Assembly: GCA_040954595.2 (NCBI GenBank)
Contig: CM082587.2
Span: forward strand, 8,933,403 to 8,997,402
Reading direction: 5' to 3'
Length of the DNA stretch: 64,000 nucleotides
DNA from: Balanoglossus misakiensis
Taxonomy: Eukaryota > Animalia > Hemichordata
Below are positions 63,591 through 64,000 of the stretch, in pieces (within the stretch, counting starts at the first letter, position 1; the number at the start of each line of letters is the position of its first letter). The notes under the pieces are model-generated. The model was not told the origin of the DNA, did not search any database, and saw only the letters and a list, made by a program, of their open reading frames with translations. The position numbers and the translations under genes were made by a program.

Positions 63591-64000
63591 GAACAGGACG
63601 CGACGCTAATCACACATATATGTGTGCAGAAACGTACAGTCGCTATGCCTGGCGGCGCGTCCACGTACGCTGACGCAGTTCCGAAAGTTCCATAGGCACA
63701 GCGACTGCAGTCTAGGTAAGGGCGACGTTTTTATTTTCTGTGTTTCTCATCTCCCGACCGACCGTAAATTTCAGCTCCGACATGAAAATAAAAAAAACTG
63801 TTTTATTTGCGCCGACTCTGAGCCTGAGGCGATCATCCTAGCAACAGCGCCCCCAACGGCTAATTGTGAGATTTTGCAAATATGACGTCATATTCATCAT
63901 GGCGGTCGTGTCGGACCATGCAGACGGTAGAAGTTGCAACTGGAAAATGACCTGAGGGCAGCGCTGCCCTCAGGGCAGCAGCAAATGGGTACACAACATT

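Overview
Intron-rich, AT-rich animal genomic DNA. The gene content and dense palindromic MITEs suggest a marine invertebrate, probably a deuterostome (inference). I assembled six spliced genes by hand, each with consistent splice phases and a length divisible by 3. They are: an ALDH3A2-like fatty aldehyde dehydrogenase (-, 14 exons); a Ras GTPase head-to-head with it (+, 8 exons, one GC-AG intron); HSDL1 (-, 7 exons); a CHST8-14-type carbohydrate sulfotransferase (+, 3 exons); an O-fucosyltransferase-like type II membrane protein (-, 6 exons); and an 18-exon, ~1173-aa chimeric gene (+, 37740-48022). The chimera is the main find. It joins a GT-B (GT4-like) glycosyltransferase domain, a TRADD-N-like domain and a full SAMHD1-type HD module. 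Both enzyme domains have lost catalytic residues, while most SAMHD1 allosteric nucleotide-binding residues remain, which makes it a candidate nucleotide-sensing or decoy immune protein. About 160 bp past its stop lies an orphan last exon of a Spi/PU.1-type ETS factor that is absent from the ORF track. The window also has a degenerate C-type lectin + F5/8 pseudogene, a candidate 53-aa microprotein gene, many MITE families and micro/minisatellites. No rRNA, tRNA or CRISPR array is supported. All homology calls are by eye from remembered motifs; no database search was run.
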